Source of the DNA: Vibrio vulnificus CMCP6
GTDB taxonomy: Bacteria; Pseudomonadota; Gammaproteobacteria; Enterobacterales; Vibrionaceae
Assembly: GCF_000039765.1 (NCBI RefSeq)
Contig: NC_004459.3
Location: forward strand, 1,680,001 to 1,712,000
Length of the DNA stretch: 32,000 nt
Direction of reading: 5' to 3'
A program made the translations under genes and the position numbers. The notes under the pieces were generated by a model, which had not been told where the DNA came from, ran no database searches, and saw only the letters and a program-made list of their open reading frames with translations. This document shows, piece by piece, positions 1-9,163 of this stretch (the stretch's first letter is position 1; every line of letters begins with the position of its first letter).

Positions 1-1
1 G

Positions 2-2032
2 CGTTGGTCTGCTGCAGAAGAGAATAAGGGTGATATGGAAGATACAGATTACCATGTAACGACTTCACAATATGCACGTGAAGCCGAAGATGAAGCAGAT
101 CGTAAAGAAGAAGAAGCTCGTCGCCGTAAGAAGAAGACCAAATCTTCTGCTAAAGCGAGCGAAAATGACGAACGTGGCGGTCCACGTGTACAACGTGGTG
201 GAAAGGGTGGCCGTAAAGGCAAACTTTCTAAGCCTAAGTCAATGCAACACGGTTTTGATAAGAGCGCAGTTGTTGCGAAATCAGACGTTGTGATTGGTGA
301 GACGATCGTTGTTTCTGAACTTGCGAACAAAATGTCGGTTAAAGCGACCGAAGTTATCAAGATCATGATGAAGATGGGCGCTATGGCAACCATCAACCAA
401 GTTATTGACCAAGAAACAGCGCAGCTTGTTGCTGAGGAAATGGGTCACAAAGTTGTTCTACGCAAAGAAAACGAGCTTGAAGAAGCGGTACTTTCTGATC
501 GTGACAACATGTTTGAAGCGGTACCTCGTGCTCCTGTCGTAACCATCATGGGCCACGTAGACCACGGTAAAACGTCAACGCTTGACTACATTCGTCGTAC
601 TCACGTTGCCTCTGGTGAAGCGGGCGGTATTACGCAGCACATCGGTGCATACCACGTTGAAACTGAGAACGGCATGATCACCTTCCTGGATACTCCTGGA
701 CACGCGGCGTTTACCGCAATGCGTGCTCGTGGTGCTCAAGCGACGGATATCGTTGTTCTTGTTGTTGCGGCAGACGATGGTGTAATGCCACAAACTGTAG
801 AAGCAATTCAGCACGCGAAAGCGGCTGGTGTTCCACTGATTGTTGCAGTGAACAAGATCGATAAAGAAGAAGCAAACCCAGACAACGTTAAGAACGAGCT
901 ATCTCAGTACAACGTAATGCCTGAAGAGTGGGGCGGTGAGAACATGTTTGTTCACATCTCTGCGAAACAAGGTACTAACATTGATCAACTACTTGAGACA
1001 ATCCTTCTTCAAGCTGAAGTTCTAGAACTAACAGCAGTGAAAGACGGTATGGCTTCTGGTGTGGTTGTTGAATCTCGCCTTGATAAAGGTCGTGGTCCGG
1101 TTGCAACTGTACTTGTTCAATCTGGTACGCTACGCAAAGGTGATATCGTTCTATGTGGCCAAGAGTATGGCCGTGTACGTGCGATGCGTGACGAAATCGG
1201 TAACGAAGTTAACGAAGCTGGCCCATCAATCCCTGTAGAGATCCTAGGTCTTTCTGGCGTTCCAGCTGCGGGTGATGAAGCGACTGTTGTTCGTGATGAG
1301 CGTAAAGCACGTGAAGTAGCTAACTACCGTGCAGGTAAGTTCCGCGAAGTGAAACTGGCTCGTCAGCAGAAGTCTAAACTAGAGAACATGTTCTCTAACA
1401 TGGCGGCTGGTGATGTTGCAGAACTTAACATCGTACTGAAAGCTGACGTACAAGGCTCTGTTGAAGCTATCGCAGACTCACTAACAAAACTTTCAACTGA
1501 AGAAGTGAAAGTGAACATTGTGGGCTCTGGTGTTGGTGGTATCACAGAAACTGACGCAGTACTTGCTGAAGCGTCTAACGCAATCATCCTGGGCTTTAAC
1601 GTTCGTGCTGATGCCTCTGCGCGTCGAGCTATCGAAGCGGCAAGCATTGATCTACGTTACTACTCAATCATTTACCAATTGATCGACGAAGTGAAACAAG
1701 CGATGAGCGGTATGCTTGCGCCTGAATTCAAACAAGAGATCATTGGTCTTGCTGAAGTTCGTGACGTGTTTAAGTCACCTAAGCTGGGCGCAATCGCAGG
1801 CTGTATGGTTACTGAAGGTCTGATCAAGCGTAACGCACCTATCCGTGTACTTCGTGATAACGTTGTAATCTACGAAGGTGAGCTTGAGTCACTACGTCGC
1901 TTTAAAGACGACGTTGCAGAAGTTAAGAATGGCTACGAGTGTGGTATCGGCGTTAAGAACTACAATGATGTTCGCGTTGGTGACCAAATCGAAGTATTCG
2001 AAACAATTGAGATCAAGCGTACGATCGATTAA
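2..2032 (+). CDS. infB: Translation initiation factor IF-2, C-terminal ~675 aa (5' end outside window)
   Basis: The frame is open from nt 2, with no stop upstream of the Met at 35, so the true start is upstream of the window. GTPase motifs [13 protein letters not shown] and NKID are present in the translation. It is followed by rbfA-truB-rpsO-pnp, as in the conserved operon. Confidence 0.97.
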   Translation, partial: RWSAAEENKGDMEDTDYHVTTSQYAREAEDEADRKEEEARRRKKKTKSSAKASENDERGGPRVQRGGKGGRKGKLSKPKSMQHGFDKSAVVAKSDVVIGETIVVSELANKMSVKATEVIKIMMKMGAMATINQVIDQETAQLVAEEMGHKVVLRKENELEEAVLSDRDNMFEAVPRAPVVTIMGHVDHGKTSTLDYIRRTHVASGEAGGITQHIGAYHVETENGMITFLDTPGHAAFTAMRARGAQATDIVVLVVAADDGVMPQTVEAIQHAKAAGVPLIVAVNKIDKEEANPDNVKNELSQYNVMPEEWGGENMFVHISAKQGTNIDQLLETILLQAEVLELTAVKDGMASGVVVESRLDKGRGPVATVLVQSGTLRKGDIVLCGQEYGRVRAMRDEIGNEVNEAGPSIPVEILGLSGVPAAGDEATVVRDERKAREVANYRAGKFREVKLARQQKSKLENMFSNMAAGDVAELNIVLKADVQGSVEAIADSLTKLSTEEVKVNIVGSGVGGITETDAVLAEASNAIILGFNVRADASARRAIEAASIDLRYYSIIYQLIDEVKQAMSGMLAPEFKQEIIGLAEVRDVFKSPKLGAIAGCMVTEGLIKRNAPIRVLRDNVVIYEGELESLRRFKDDVAEVKNGYECGIGVKNYNDVRVGDQIEVFETIEIKRTID

Positions 2033-2040
2033 TTGACTAA

Positions 2041-2108
2041 AATTGCCGATAACTGGCAATTGTAGGTTGTTGAATACGCCATGGGGGGTTGGGATATCCA
2101 CCCCCCAT
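2041..2108 (+). promoter_or_regulatory. Two stem-loops in the infB-rbfA spacer
   Basis: AATTGCC-n7-GGCAATT at 2041-2061. ATGGGGGGT-n10-ACCCCCCAT at 2081-2108, followed by TCTTTCT. They are read directly from the sequence. The function (attenuator or processing site) is inferred only. Confidence 0.4.
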
Positions 2109-2131
2109 TCTTTCTATATAAGAGAAAAGAT

Positions 2132-2527
2132 ATGTCAAAAGATTTTAGCCGCACGCAGCGTGTTTCACAGCAGCTGCAAAAAGAACTTGCGATGATCCTG
2201 CAACGTGAAGTTCGTGATTCTCGTTTGGGTATGGTGACGATTTCCGATGTGGAAGTGTCACGTGACCTCGCTTATGCGAAAGTCTTTGTTACCTTCCTAT
2301 GTGTTGGCGAACAAACACCTGAATCTTGTCTAGCCGCGCTACGTGAGCATGAAGTACATATTCGTATGATGCTAGGTAAACGCATCCGTCTTCGTTTGAC
2401 GCCTGAAGTTCGCTTCTATTACGACAACACTTTGGTTGAAGGTATGCGCATGTCAAACCTTGTCACCGAAGTGGTCAACAAAGACAAAATCAAGCAAAAA
2501 GATGCAGGTCGTGAGGACGAAGAGTAA
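2132..2527 (+). CDS. rbfA: Ribosome-binding factor A
   Basis: The translation from ATG 2132 ([23 protein letters not shown]...) is typical of RbfA. The tracked ORF start at 2081 lies inside the upstream hairpin and is rejected. The stop overlaps the truB start (TAATG). Confidence 0.93.
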   Translation: MSKDFSRTQRVSQQLQKELAMILQREVRDSRLGMVTISDVEVSRDLAYAKVFVTFLCVGEQTPESCLAALREHEVHIRMMLGKRIRLRLTPEVRFYYDNTLVEGMRMSNLVTEVVNKDKIKQKDAGREDEE

Positions 2528-3471
2528 TGGCTCGTCGTCGTAAAGGTCGCCCGATTGATGGTGTTATCTTATTAGATAAACCAACAGGAATGTCATCTAA
2601 CGATGCTTTGCAAAAAGTAAAACGTCTTTACTTCGCTGAAAAAGCCGGCCATACAGGCGCGCTTGACCCTTTGGCGACGGGTATGTTGCCAATCTGCCTT
2701 GGTGAAGCGACAAAGTTTTCTCAGTTCTTGCTCGACTCAGATAAACGCTATCGAGTGATTGCCAAGCTAGGTGAGCGCACCGACACTTCAGATTCTGACG
2801 GCGACGTAGTGGAAACGCGCCCTGTTAACGTGACGCTTGAGACCCTAGAAGCGTGTATTGAGAAATTCCGTGGCGAATCTGATCAAGTCCCCTCGATGTT
2901 CTCAGCATTGAAATATCAAGGTAAGCCTTTATATGAATATGCACGTAAAGGCATTGAGGTGCCACGTGAGTCTCGTAAGATAACCGTCTATGAGATCACT
3001 CTTCACCGCTTTGAAGGTGAGGAAGTGGAAATGGAAGTGCATTGCTCAAAAGGTACTTACATTCGCACAATCGTCGACGATCTAGGTGAAATGCTTGGCT
3101 GTGGTGCCCACGTAACCATGCTACGTCGTACAGGTGTTGCAAAATACCCTTATGAAAACATGGTGACCTTAGAGCAGCTTAATGAATTGGTTGATAACGC
3201 CAATCGTGATGGTGTTGCACCACGTGAGGTGTTGGATCCACTGCTGATGCCGATGGATACCGCAGTTGAAGATTTGCCAGAAGTGAATCTGATCGCGGAT
3301 CTAGCCGATATGGTGATGCATGGCCAAGCTGTTCAAGTCTTGGGTGCGCCTACAGAAGGCCAACTCAGACTGACCATGGGTGAAGAAAGACGCTTTATCG
3401 GTGTCGGTGAAATGAATCGCGATGGGAAAATTGCACCAAAACGTTTGGTGGTTTTTCGCGACGAAGAGTAG
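2527..3471 (+). CDS. truB: tRNA pseudouridine-55 synthase
   Basis: 314 aa with the [23 protein letters not shown] catalytic-Asp motif. The length and the position after rbfA fit TruB. Confidence 0.95.
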   Translation: MARRRKGRPIDGVILLDKPTGMSSNDALQKVKRLYFAEKAGHTGALDPLATGMLPICLGEATKFSQFLLDSDKRYRVIAKLGERTDTSDSDGDVVETRPVNVTLETLEACIEKFRGESDQVPSMFSALKYQGKPLYEYARKGIEVPRESRKITVYEITLHRFEGEEVEMEVHCSKGTYIRTIVDDLGEMLGCGAHVTMLRRTGVAKYPYENMVTLEQLNELVDNANRDGVAPREVLDPLLMPMDTAVEDLPEVNLIADLADMVMHGQAVQVLGAPTEGQLRLTMGEERRFIGVGEMNRDGKIAPKRLVVFRDEE

Positions 3472-3497
3472 CGAAACAGAGCATAAATAAAAATACC

Positions 3498-3508
3498 GGC
3501 ACAGAGGC
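3498..3508. repeat. Left copy of the 11-bp target-site duplication GGCACAGAGGC
   Basis: An identical 11-mer directly abuts the outer end of each IS inverted repeat (3498-3508 and 4939-4949). Confidence 0.9.
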
Positions 3509-3526
3509 TAATGCCGATCAGTTAAG
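3509..3526. repeat. IS left inverted repeat (IRL)
   Basis: TAATGCCGATCAGTTAAG. The reverse complement of the right end is TAATGCCAGTCAGTTAAG. Part of a local hairpin, CCGATCA-n13-TGATCGG (3514-3540). Confidence 0.88.
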
Positions 3527-3602
3527 AGATAAATGATCGGTTGAACGATCCTGCAGATGGCTTATAAAGGCTCTAAGTTTCTAAAACTTTGAGCCTTTTA
3601 TT

Positions 3603-4925
3603 TTGCAATTAACTACAGCCCTAACACTCGCCAATCGTTATGCCCCCAATACTGAACAACTTGGAAAACTCAGTGACATTCTTTGCCCTGATTTCATCAA
3701 CCAATGCTTAGAAGCTTCTGGTGTGGCCACTATTCGTAAACGTCGTATCCCTCTCGACATGGCCGTTTGGGCGGTCGTTGCTATGTCGCTTTACCGACAA
3801 GAGCCTTTGTGGTCAATTGTCTCCAAAGCGCAATTAATGTTGCCCGGGAAGCGAAGTCTGGTTGCCCCTAGTGCTATCGTTCAAGCGAGACAACGGCTCG
3901 GGGCTGATGCAATGAAAGAAGTATTTCATCAAAGCCAGAGCTTATGGAATGAAACAGCTGACCATCCGACTTGGTGTGGATTAAAACTCCTCGCTGTCGA
4001 TGGCGTGGTATGGCGAACGCCAGACACTAAGGAAAACCGTGATGCGTTTCAATCTGCGTCAAATCAGAATGGTGAAGGTAGCTTTCCTCAGGTGCGTATG
4101 GTTTGCCAGATGGAGTTGACCAGTCACATGCTGGTCGCCAGTGCTTTCGCGAGTTACAAAACCAATGAGATGATATTGGCGGAACAGTTGATTGAAACAA
4201 CACCAGACTACAGCCTCACAATGTTCGACAGAGGTTTTTACTCTCTTAGCCTTCTTCATCGTTGGGCAAATACAGGTAATGAAAGGCATTGGCTAATGCC
4301 AATGCGCAAGAATACCCAATTTACTGAAGTTAGAAAGCTGGGTCGCAATGATCGGATTGTCGAACTCAAGACAACGCCTCAAGCGAGAAAGAAGTCCCTG
4401 TCACTACCTGAAACCATCGAAGTTCGCCTGATAAAGAAAACTATCAAAGGGAAAGAAGTGAGTATCTTGACCTCGATGACTGATCATCGTCGTTATCCGC
4501 CAGCGGAAATAGCAGAGCTTTACAGTCATAGATGGGAAATCGAAGTGGGATATCGTGAAATGAAGTCTTCACTTCTGAACAACGAGTTCACACTGAGAAG
4601 CAAGAAGCCAGAGATGGTAAAACAAGAACTATGGGGCTTATTACTTAGCTATAACATTATTAGATATCAGATGGTTAACATGGCTAAAGCTGTGCCAGGC
4701 ATCTACCCCAACCAACTGAGCTTCACAACGTGTGCTCACTCTATCATTCACGTAATTTTGGGGTTCTGGTTGGAGTCAGCGGGAACAATCCCTAAGCGCA
4801 TTACTCACTTGCAAGAGGAGGCGATACACCATGTCTTGTCCATTAAACGAGAAGAGCGGATATATCCGAGAGCAATAAAACCAAAGGCAAAGAAATACCC
4901 CAATAAAAAAAGCCAGTCAGCTTAA
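3603..4925 (+). CDS. IS4-family DDE transposase (InsG-like), TTG start as tracked
   Basis: The translation aligns by eye along its whole length with my recollection of E. coli IS4 InsG. Shared stretches include [49 protein letters not shown] and [16 protein letters not shown], the last being the Y-2-R-3-E-6-K signature. Candidate DDE residues lie in LLAVDG, MFDRGF and RWEIE. Confidence 0.92.
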   Translation: MQLTTALTLANRYAPNTEQLGKLSDILCPDFINQCLEASGVATIRKRRIPLDMAVWAVVAMSLYRQEPLWSIVSKAQLMLPGKRSLVAPSAIVQARQRLGADAMKEVFHQSQSLWNETADHPTWCGLKLLAVDGVVWRTPDTKENRDAFQSASNQNGEGSFPQVRMVCQMELTSHMLVASAFASYKTNEMILAEQLIETTPDYSLTMFDRGFYSLSLLHRWANTGNERHWLMPMRKNTQFTEVRKLGRNDRIVELKTTPQARKKSLSLPETIEVRLIKKTIKGKEVSILTSMTDHRRYPPAEIAELYSHRWEIEVGYREMKSSLLNNEFTLRSKKPEMVKQELWGLLLSYNIIRYQMVNMAKAVPGIYPNQLSFTTCAHSIIHVILGFWLESAGTIPKRITHLQEEAIHHVLSIKREERIYPRAIKPKAKKYPNKKSQSA

Positions 4926-4938
4926 CTGACTGGCATTA
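4921..4938. repeat. IS right inverted repeat (IRR)
   Basis: CTTAACTGACTGGCATTA. It forms half of a perfect hairpin, GCCAGTCAG-CTTAA-CTGACTGGC (4912-4934). Confidence 0.88.
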
Positions 4939-4949
4939 GGCACAGAGGC
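4939..4949. repeat. Right copy of the 11-bp target-site duplication GGCACAGAGGC
   Basis: See the left copy. Removing the IS and one repeat copy reconstructs AAAATACCGGC-ACAGAG-GCCGGTATTTTT, a canonical terminator. Confidence 0.9.
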
Positions 4950-4962
4950 CGGTATTTTTGTA

Positions 4963-4991
4963 TTGCTCAAAGGGAGAATATTCCCTATAAT
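4963..4991 (+). promoter_or_regulatory. Candidate rpsO sigma-70 promoter
   Basis: TTGCTC (4963-4968), a 17-nt spacer, then TATAAT (4986-4991), about 75 nt upstream of the rpsO ATG. Sequence match only. Confidence 0.55.
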
Positions 4992-5064
4992 TCGCGCTCC
5001 TCGTGTCGGCTGAATCAGAGATTGGCTGGCACAAATATTAACCTACTCTTATTAGGAGAGAATT

Positions 5065-5334
5065 ATGTCTCTGAATGCAGAAACTAAAGCAGCAATCGTT
5101 GCTGATTACGCACGTGGCGAAGGCGACACTGGTTCACCAGAAGTACAAGTAGCACTACTAACTGCTTCTATCAACCACCTACAAGGTCACTTCCAAGCGC
5201 ACAAAGGCGATCACCACAGCCGTCGTGGTCTTCTACGCATGGTTTCTCGTCGTCGTAAGCTTCTAGACTACCTAAAAGGTAAAGATCTAGCTCGCTACCA
5301 AGACCTAATCAAACGTCTAGGCCTACGTCGCTAA
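5065..5334 (+). CDS. rpsO: 30S ribosomal protein S15
   Basis: 89 aa, [43 protein letters not shown]... A GGAGAG RBS lies upstream. Confidence 0.97.
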
Positions 5335-5361
5335 TTAGTGACTGCATAGCACAGTTTGTCG

Positions 5362-5388
5362 AAAAAGGGGCTATATGCCCCTTTTTTG
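5362..5388 (+). terminator. rpsO intrinsic terminator
   Basis: AAAAAGGGGC-TATAT-GCCCCTTTTTT hairpin with a U-tract, 28 nt after the rpsO stop. Confidence 0.85.
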
Positions 5389-5620
5389 TATCTGCAAATC
5401 ACCATCACCTTCATCGCTTTTTTCTCTCTTTACCGTTTTTGTTTCTTCATTTTATATTGTTTCTTCTGACATTAGCGTTCCGCCAATTTCCTAACTGACT
5501 CGCAGAGCGGAAACCTCACAGTGCAAAACGCTCAGAATCTTATTGTTGATGTTTTACACACCAATATGTTGTGTGCAAAATTTCGGCAATTCTGTAATGC
5601 CGTCAATGAGATACAAGATC

Positions 5621-8600
5621 ATGTCAAAACCTGCAGCCACGATAGGTCATAATCATCTTTGTCCCAAAAAGACTGGGAAGATTCCTCACGTTGGAGGGCC
5701 GATCACGACAGGTTCAAGTAATGTCATGATCAACGGTGTGCCAGCAGCAAGAAAGGGAGATTCCATGGTTTGTGTGGGGCCTCCTGATAGCATAAAACAA
5801 GGCTCATCTTCCGTATTCATTAATGGTAAGCCAGCGGCTCGAATGTTTGACGCTACCAATCATGGCGGTGTCATTATTGGCGGTAGCCCTAATGTGTTTA
5901 TTGGTGATGCTGGGTGCTATCCTGACTCACAAGACTCTGCAGTTGCAAGTAGCGACTCTCGTCCGCAAAGCAATGAAGATAAACAAGTAGCGCCACCAAC
6001 AAAGCAAAGTAATTCTCTCTCAAACGAGCCTCAAGCTTCACCCTCATCTACGTCACATACGCCAGCGAATGGTTCCTCGACATCATCGGCTGTAGATAGC
6101 AATACCGTATATCCGGGTCTGTCGACAGATCAGAATCGTGAGCCGAAAACATTTTCCATTGTTCCTATTCGTTATGCGATTGATATGGAAAGGCAGACGC
6201 CTGAATCGGTACTAGGCCGCGGGCCTCTGTCAATATCGACACCCTACGTGCTACGTCAGTTGCGCGATGGATGGCTTTATATTTATGACGACCTCACTCA
6301 AGAGATAACGGAGTATAAAGTAGAAGGCGCATCACTTACTGGCGATGCAAACATCTATCTCGAAGGCACAACCCTGCATATCGCTTTCTCATTAATACAA
6401 TGGACAAAGCGTATTGTTGATACCCTCAAACAAGATTCGAGTTTAAGACATCGATGGATGCGTCGAGTGGTTTGTATTGAAGGAGAACAGTGGCATGTTG
6501 GTGATGAATTGACGCTCGAACATGTTTCGGATATGGATACGTGTCCACACGATTTTATAATGAGCTCGGTTTCATTACGAGAGCCGCCTAAAGTAGATTC
6601 AGGAGATGAGGTAGAGAGTAACCCGACAGCAGACGCTATTATGAGTCAGCTCGTAACCAGCAAACCCACTTTTTCCGCAGGTGAGTGGCTAGGAAATGCT
6701 CAGGGGGACGTAACATTAGTTGTGGCGTTGGATGATGTGCTTTCTGATGTACTTGATCTCACTATCCCATTAAATGTGCCAATTATTGAAAACCTTTCAA
6801 TAACGAAAGATGAAGACGAATTTCATAAGCTTGAGATGGCACGTATCGCGCGAAGTTTGGCGCGAGTGCAAGTGCCTGAATCGAAGTGGAGTTCAAACAT
6901 CAATAAATCAACCTATCCTTATTTTGAAGCTGATTTACATGCCTATTTTAAGGAGCGCGAGGCGGATGTTACTGAATTAGTCGCAAAGCAACAAAAACAA
7001 AGTTATGTGAGCCTGAATACTAAGGAGCACTCTACACACGGCTCCAAAGGGCTAAAAATATTACGAGAACGCTGGGACTATGTGCCAGATGAACTTGATC
7101 ATAAGCTCTGGTTTGAAAGACGAAAATACGTCGATGAAGTCAATTGGAAAAAACTGGATCGATTCAGTAACGAGATGGAATCCAAGTTGGGAGAGGCAGA
7201 GACGAAGATCGACCTCTATATGCGTGAGTTATACTCAGGCTTACAGGGGGCTGACGTCGTTGACCCTATGCGTTATGGCATAGATATCTACACACAAGAG
7301 GGTATGAATCACTACATTGTCCTCACCCATGAAATCTTTACCACCATGCAACTAGCGGTGCAAAACCGTGAACGAGAACTTAAAAAGTTAAATGAGTTTT
7401 TAGCGGGACGAAATATTCTCTCCTTTGCCCCCTATGGCGGCAGTGAATCCCTTAGCTTTGCGGTAACGCGAGAGCTGGATAATACCGAATCAATAAATCT
7501 AGTTCCCCACTATACCAATATCGTTGGGGCATTTGATAAATTAAAAGATCTGATGCAACACGGTACAGGACGCGATGCGATATGGGTGCGAGAACTAACC
7601 GAAGAAGCTCGTGCAGTACTCGATATATTGGGCAAAACTTTGAAAGGAGAGCTGAGTGACTATTTGAACCATTTGTTGCTCTATATCTATCCTGATCGTT
7701 TATCGAGTCCTCCCCTGCTGTTTGAAATAAAAAGGGCCATTTGGTGGTGTCGGATCAAACAGGAAGTACCGAGATTTAATGATGACTATATCAATGGAAC
7801 GCAACGATTTCGGAAAGAGTTTAAGCAGTTGGTTAAAGAACTCTCTGATGAATATTACAAACTCGACAAGCACACAATATGGCCGGTCCGAAAATACAAC
7901 CAGTATAAAAAACTGAGAACATCGTTACTTGAAAAATTGGTGGAACATCCGGACTTGATCTCTATTCGTGCCGACGAAAGTTTTCGCCAAAGTCGCAAGG
8001 CCTTACACGCGCGTTATATGCAGTTGGTTGGAGGAAAGTTTACACAAGCGAGCACTGCTTATAGCTCAGTTGGTGGTAACGCGGCATTAACGGTACTGCT
8101 CAATAGTATTAACTTAAATATGCTTAGTGGAACGCTAGGTGATACTGGAAAAGGCTCTGATGTACATAGCAAAGCACTTCAAGATGTTGGAATTGGACTG
8201 ATGTGGCTAATTTCCGCTTCTGGAGATCTCACAAAAAATCTTGTTGGGTCGTATTTGTCTAAGTCAATATCTGATATGAAGACAAAAACAGTCATGGAAA
8301 TTGCCTCTGCAAAAAGTATAAAGATTAGAGGGATAAGTGCCAATCGGATTTTTGTTTCTGCTCTTGTTACAGGGGCGATGTTTGGTGCTATAGCGTCGGC
8401 TTGGGAAATATACAAAAATAATCGTTTATTTCTACAATCAAACAATATATATGAGAAGGGGCTTTTACTACTTATTTCTTCTTCATATCTAGCTCAATTT
8501 GGTGTTTATATGGCAGTTTATATACGTGCTTCTATTTTAAACATAGCAGTTGGAAATTTACTTTTACCGTGGATGGTGACTGTCGGTGGATGGGTTGCAA

Positions 8601-9163
8601 TAAGCACTGTATTTATTCAAATTTTATATGAAATCAGCAAAAAAAATGAAATTGAAAAGTGGCTATCTGAATCTACGTGGGGAAAGAGTAATGCTAAATG
8701 GAGCAAGGAGAAAGAGCTATTAGAGTACAAAAAAATAGCGTTGAAACCAATAGTAGAAATCAAAGAACAAGCTAGCGTGTTCCCTTATGGGATGGAAAAA
8801 ACAACACCAAGTAGTGAAGGTTATTATCATGCGTCAACTACCAAAATGGCTGTTAATAGCCCGTTGTGTCGCTATGTATGCCGATTTTACGTTCCAGATC
8901 CAGAGCAAGGCATTGTTCTGACCATATTAAATAATGCGATTTTTATTCAAAAAAGTGGAAAATGGGAGCAGGAAGAAGGCCAATATTTCTATGAGATAGC
9001 GATGGAAAGTCGTACTGGTTTACGAGTAAATGTGACTTATGCTAGTGATGAAAGTGATATATGTTATCTAGTTTCAGGAAAAGGGGAAGGGCAATGTTCA
9101 GTTTCTTTCAATGATGGACGAGAAGTGAATGGTGATACATATCAAATTATAGGGCGTAAATAA
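5621..9163 (+). CDS. Orphan T6SS effector: PAAR domain, S/T/P/Q-rich linker, MIX-motif region and C-terminal multi-TM (VasX/Tme-like, presumed membrane-disrupting) module
   Basis: The start is chosen at ATG 5621 (MSKPAATIGH..., a typical PAAR N-terminus) rather than the tracked 5543. There are two literal PAAR motifs (5741-5752 and 5831-5842). The MIX motifs are SIVPIR (6155-6172), LRDGWLYIY (6260-6286) and IAFSLIQWT (6380-6406). About five long hydrophobic helices lie between ~8080 and 8640. The stop overlaps the start of the next gene (TAATG at 9161-9165). Confidence 0.85.
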   Translation: MSKPAATIGHNHLCPKKTGKIPHVGGPITTGSSNVMINGVPAARKGDSMVCVGPPDSIKQGSSSVFINGKPAARMFDATNHGGVIIGGSPNVFIGDAGCYPDSQDSAVASSDSRPQSNEDKQVAPPTKQSNSLSNEPQASPSSTSHTPANGSSTSSAVDSNTVYPGLSTDQNREPKTFSIVPIRYAIDMERQTPESVLGRGPLSISTPYVLRQLRDGWLYIYDDLTQEITEYKVEGASLTGDANIYLEGTTLHIAFSLIQWTKRIVDTLKQDSSLRHRWMRRVVCIEGEQWHVGDELTLEHVSDMDTCPHDFIMSSVSLREPPKVDSGDEVESNPTADAIMSQLVTSKPTFSAGEWLGNAQGDVTLVVALDDVLSDVLDLTIPLNVPIIENLSITKDEDEFHKLEMARIARSLARVQVPESKWSSNINKSTYPYFEADLHAYFKEREADVTELVAKQQKQSYVSLNTKEHSTHGSKGLKILRERWDYVPDELDHKLWFERRKYVDEVNWKKLDRFSNEMESKLGEAETKIDLYMRELYSGLQGADVVDPMRYGIDIYTQEGMNHYIVLTHEIFTTMQLAVQNRERELKKLNEFLAGRNILSFAPYGGSESLSFAVTRELDNTESINLVPHYTNIVGAFDKLKDLMQHGTGRDAIWVRELTEEARAVLDILGKTLKGELSDYLNHLLLYIYPDRLSSPPLLFEIKRAIWWCRIKQEVPRFNDDYINGTQRFRKEFKQLVKELSDEYYKLDKHTIWPVRKYNQYKKLRTSLLEKLVEHPDLISIRADESFRQSRKALHARYMQLVGGKFTQASTAYSSVGGNAALTVLLNSINLNMLSGTLGDTGKGSDVHSKALQDVGIGLMWLISASGDLTKNLVGSYLSKSISDMKTKTVMEIASAKSIKIRGISANRIFVSALVTGAMFGAIASAWEIYKNNRLFLQSNNIYEKGLLLLISSSYLAQFGVYMAVYIRASILNIAVGNLLLPWMVTVGGWVAISTVFIQILYEISKKNEIEKWLSESTWGKSNAKWSKEKELLEYKKIALKPIVEIKEQASVFPYGMEKTTPSSEGYYHASTTKMAVNSPLCRYVCRFYVPDPEQGIVLTILNNAIFIQKSGKWEQEEGQYFYEIAMESRTGLRVNVTYASDESDICYLVSGKGEGQCSVSFNDGREVNGDTYQIIGRK

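Larger units (their letters stand above)
3509..4938 (+). mobile_element. IS4-type insertion sequence (IS4 family, IS4 subgroup), apparently intact, 1430 bp
   Basis: Terminal inverted repeats TAATGCCGATCAGTTAAG (3509-3526) and CTTAACTGACTGGCATTA (4921-4938) match at 16 of 18 positions. It is flanked by the 11-bp direct repeat and carries a single 440-aa DDE transposase whose stop lies inside the right IR. Confidence 0.92.

Noticed and set aside
49-396. Many six-frame ORFs lie antisense to, or out of frame within, strong genes. Examples: 49-396(-), 575-814(-), 1363-1647(-), 4059-4289(-), 7080-7283(+), 8179-8445(-), 13009-13245(-), 14014-14316(-), 16688-17089(-), 18441-18860(+), 20511-20948(+), 21101-21496(+), 24820-25353(+), 28742-29047(-), 29654-30094(-), 31312-31710(-).
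   Set aside because: Each lies wholly inside a well-supported gene on the other strand or in another frame. Their compositions are biased (Ser/Arg/Ala-rich shadow-frame patterns), they lack recognisable motifs and they have no convincing RBS.
5387-5393. The 7-bp direct repeat TGTATCT occurs at both presumed island edges (5387-5393 and 12487-12493), a possible target duplication or att core.
   Set aside because: A 7-mer shared by two ~100-bp junction windows is expected by chance at roughly even odds. It has no supporting inverted repeats or integrase. The true junctions need comparison with an empty site.
5490-5507. CCTAACTGACTCGCAGAG resembles the IS4 right inverted repeat CTTAACTGACTGGCATTA (13 of 18 matches, including a 9-mer), hinting at a solo IS end at the island's left edge.
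   Set aside because: Only a 9-nt exact core matches, which is plausible by chance in 64 kb of two-strand sequence. There is no adjacent IS-derived sequence and no partner repeat.
5543-5620. N-terminal extensions in the tracked ORFs: effector from 5543, rbfA from 2081, pnp from 12755, ubiV from 18974 and TatD from 29707.
   Set aside because: Internal ATGs give N-termini matching the known families (MSKPAAT for [38 protein letters not shown]). Several of these have a better RBS. The extensions overlap hairpins or upstream genes.
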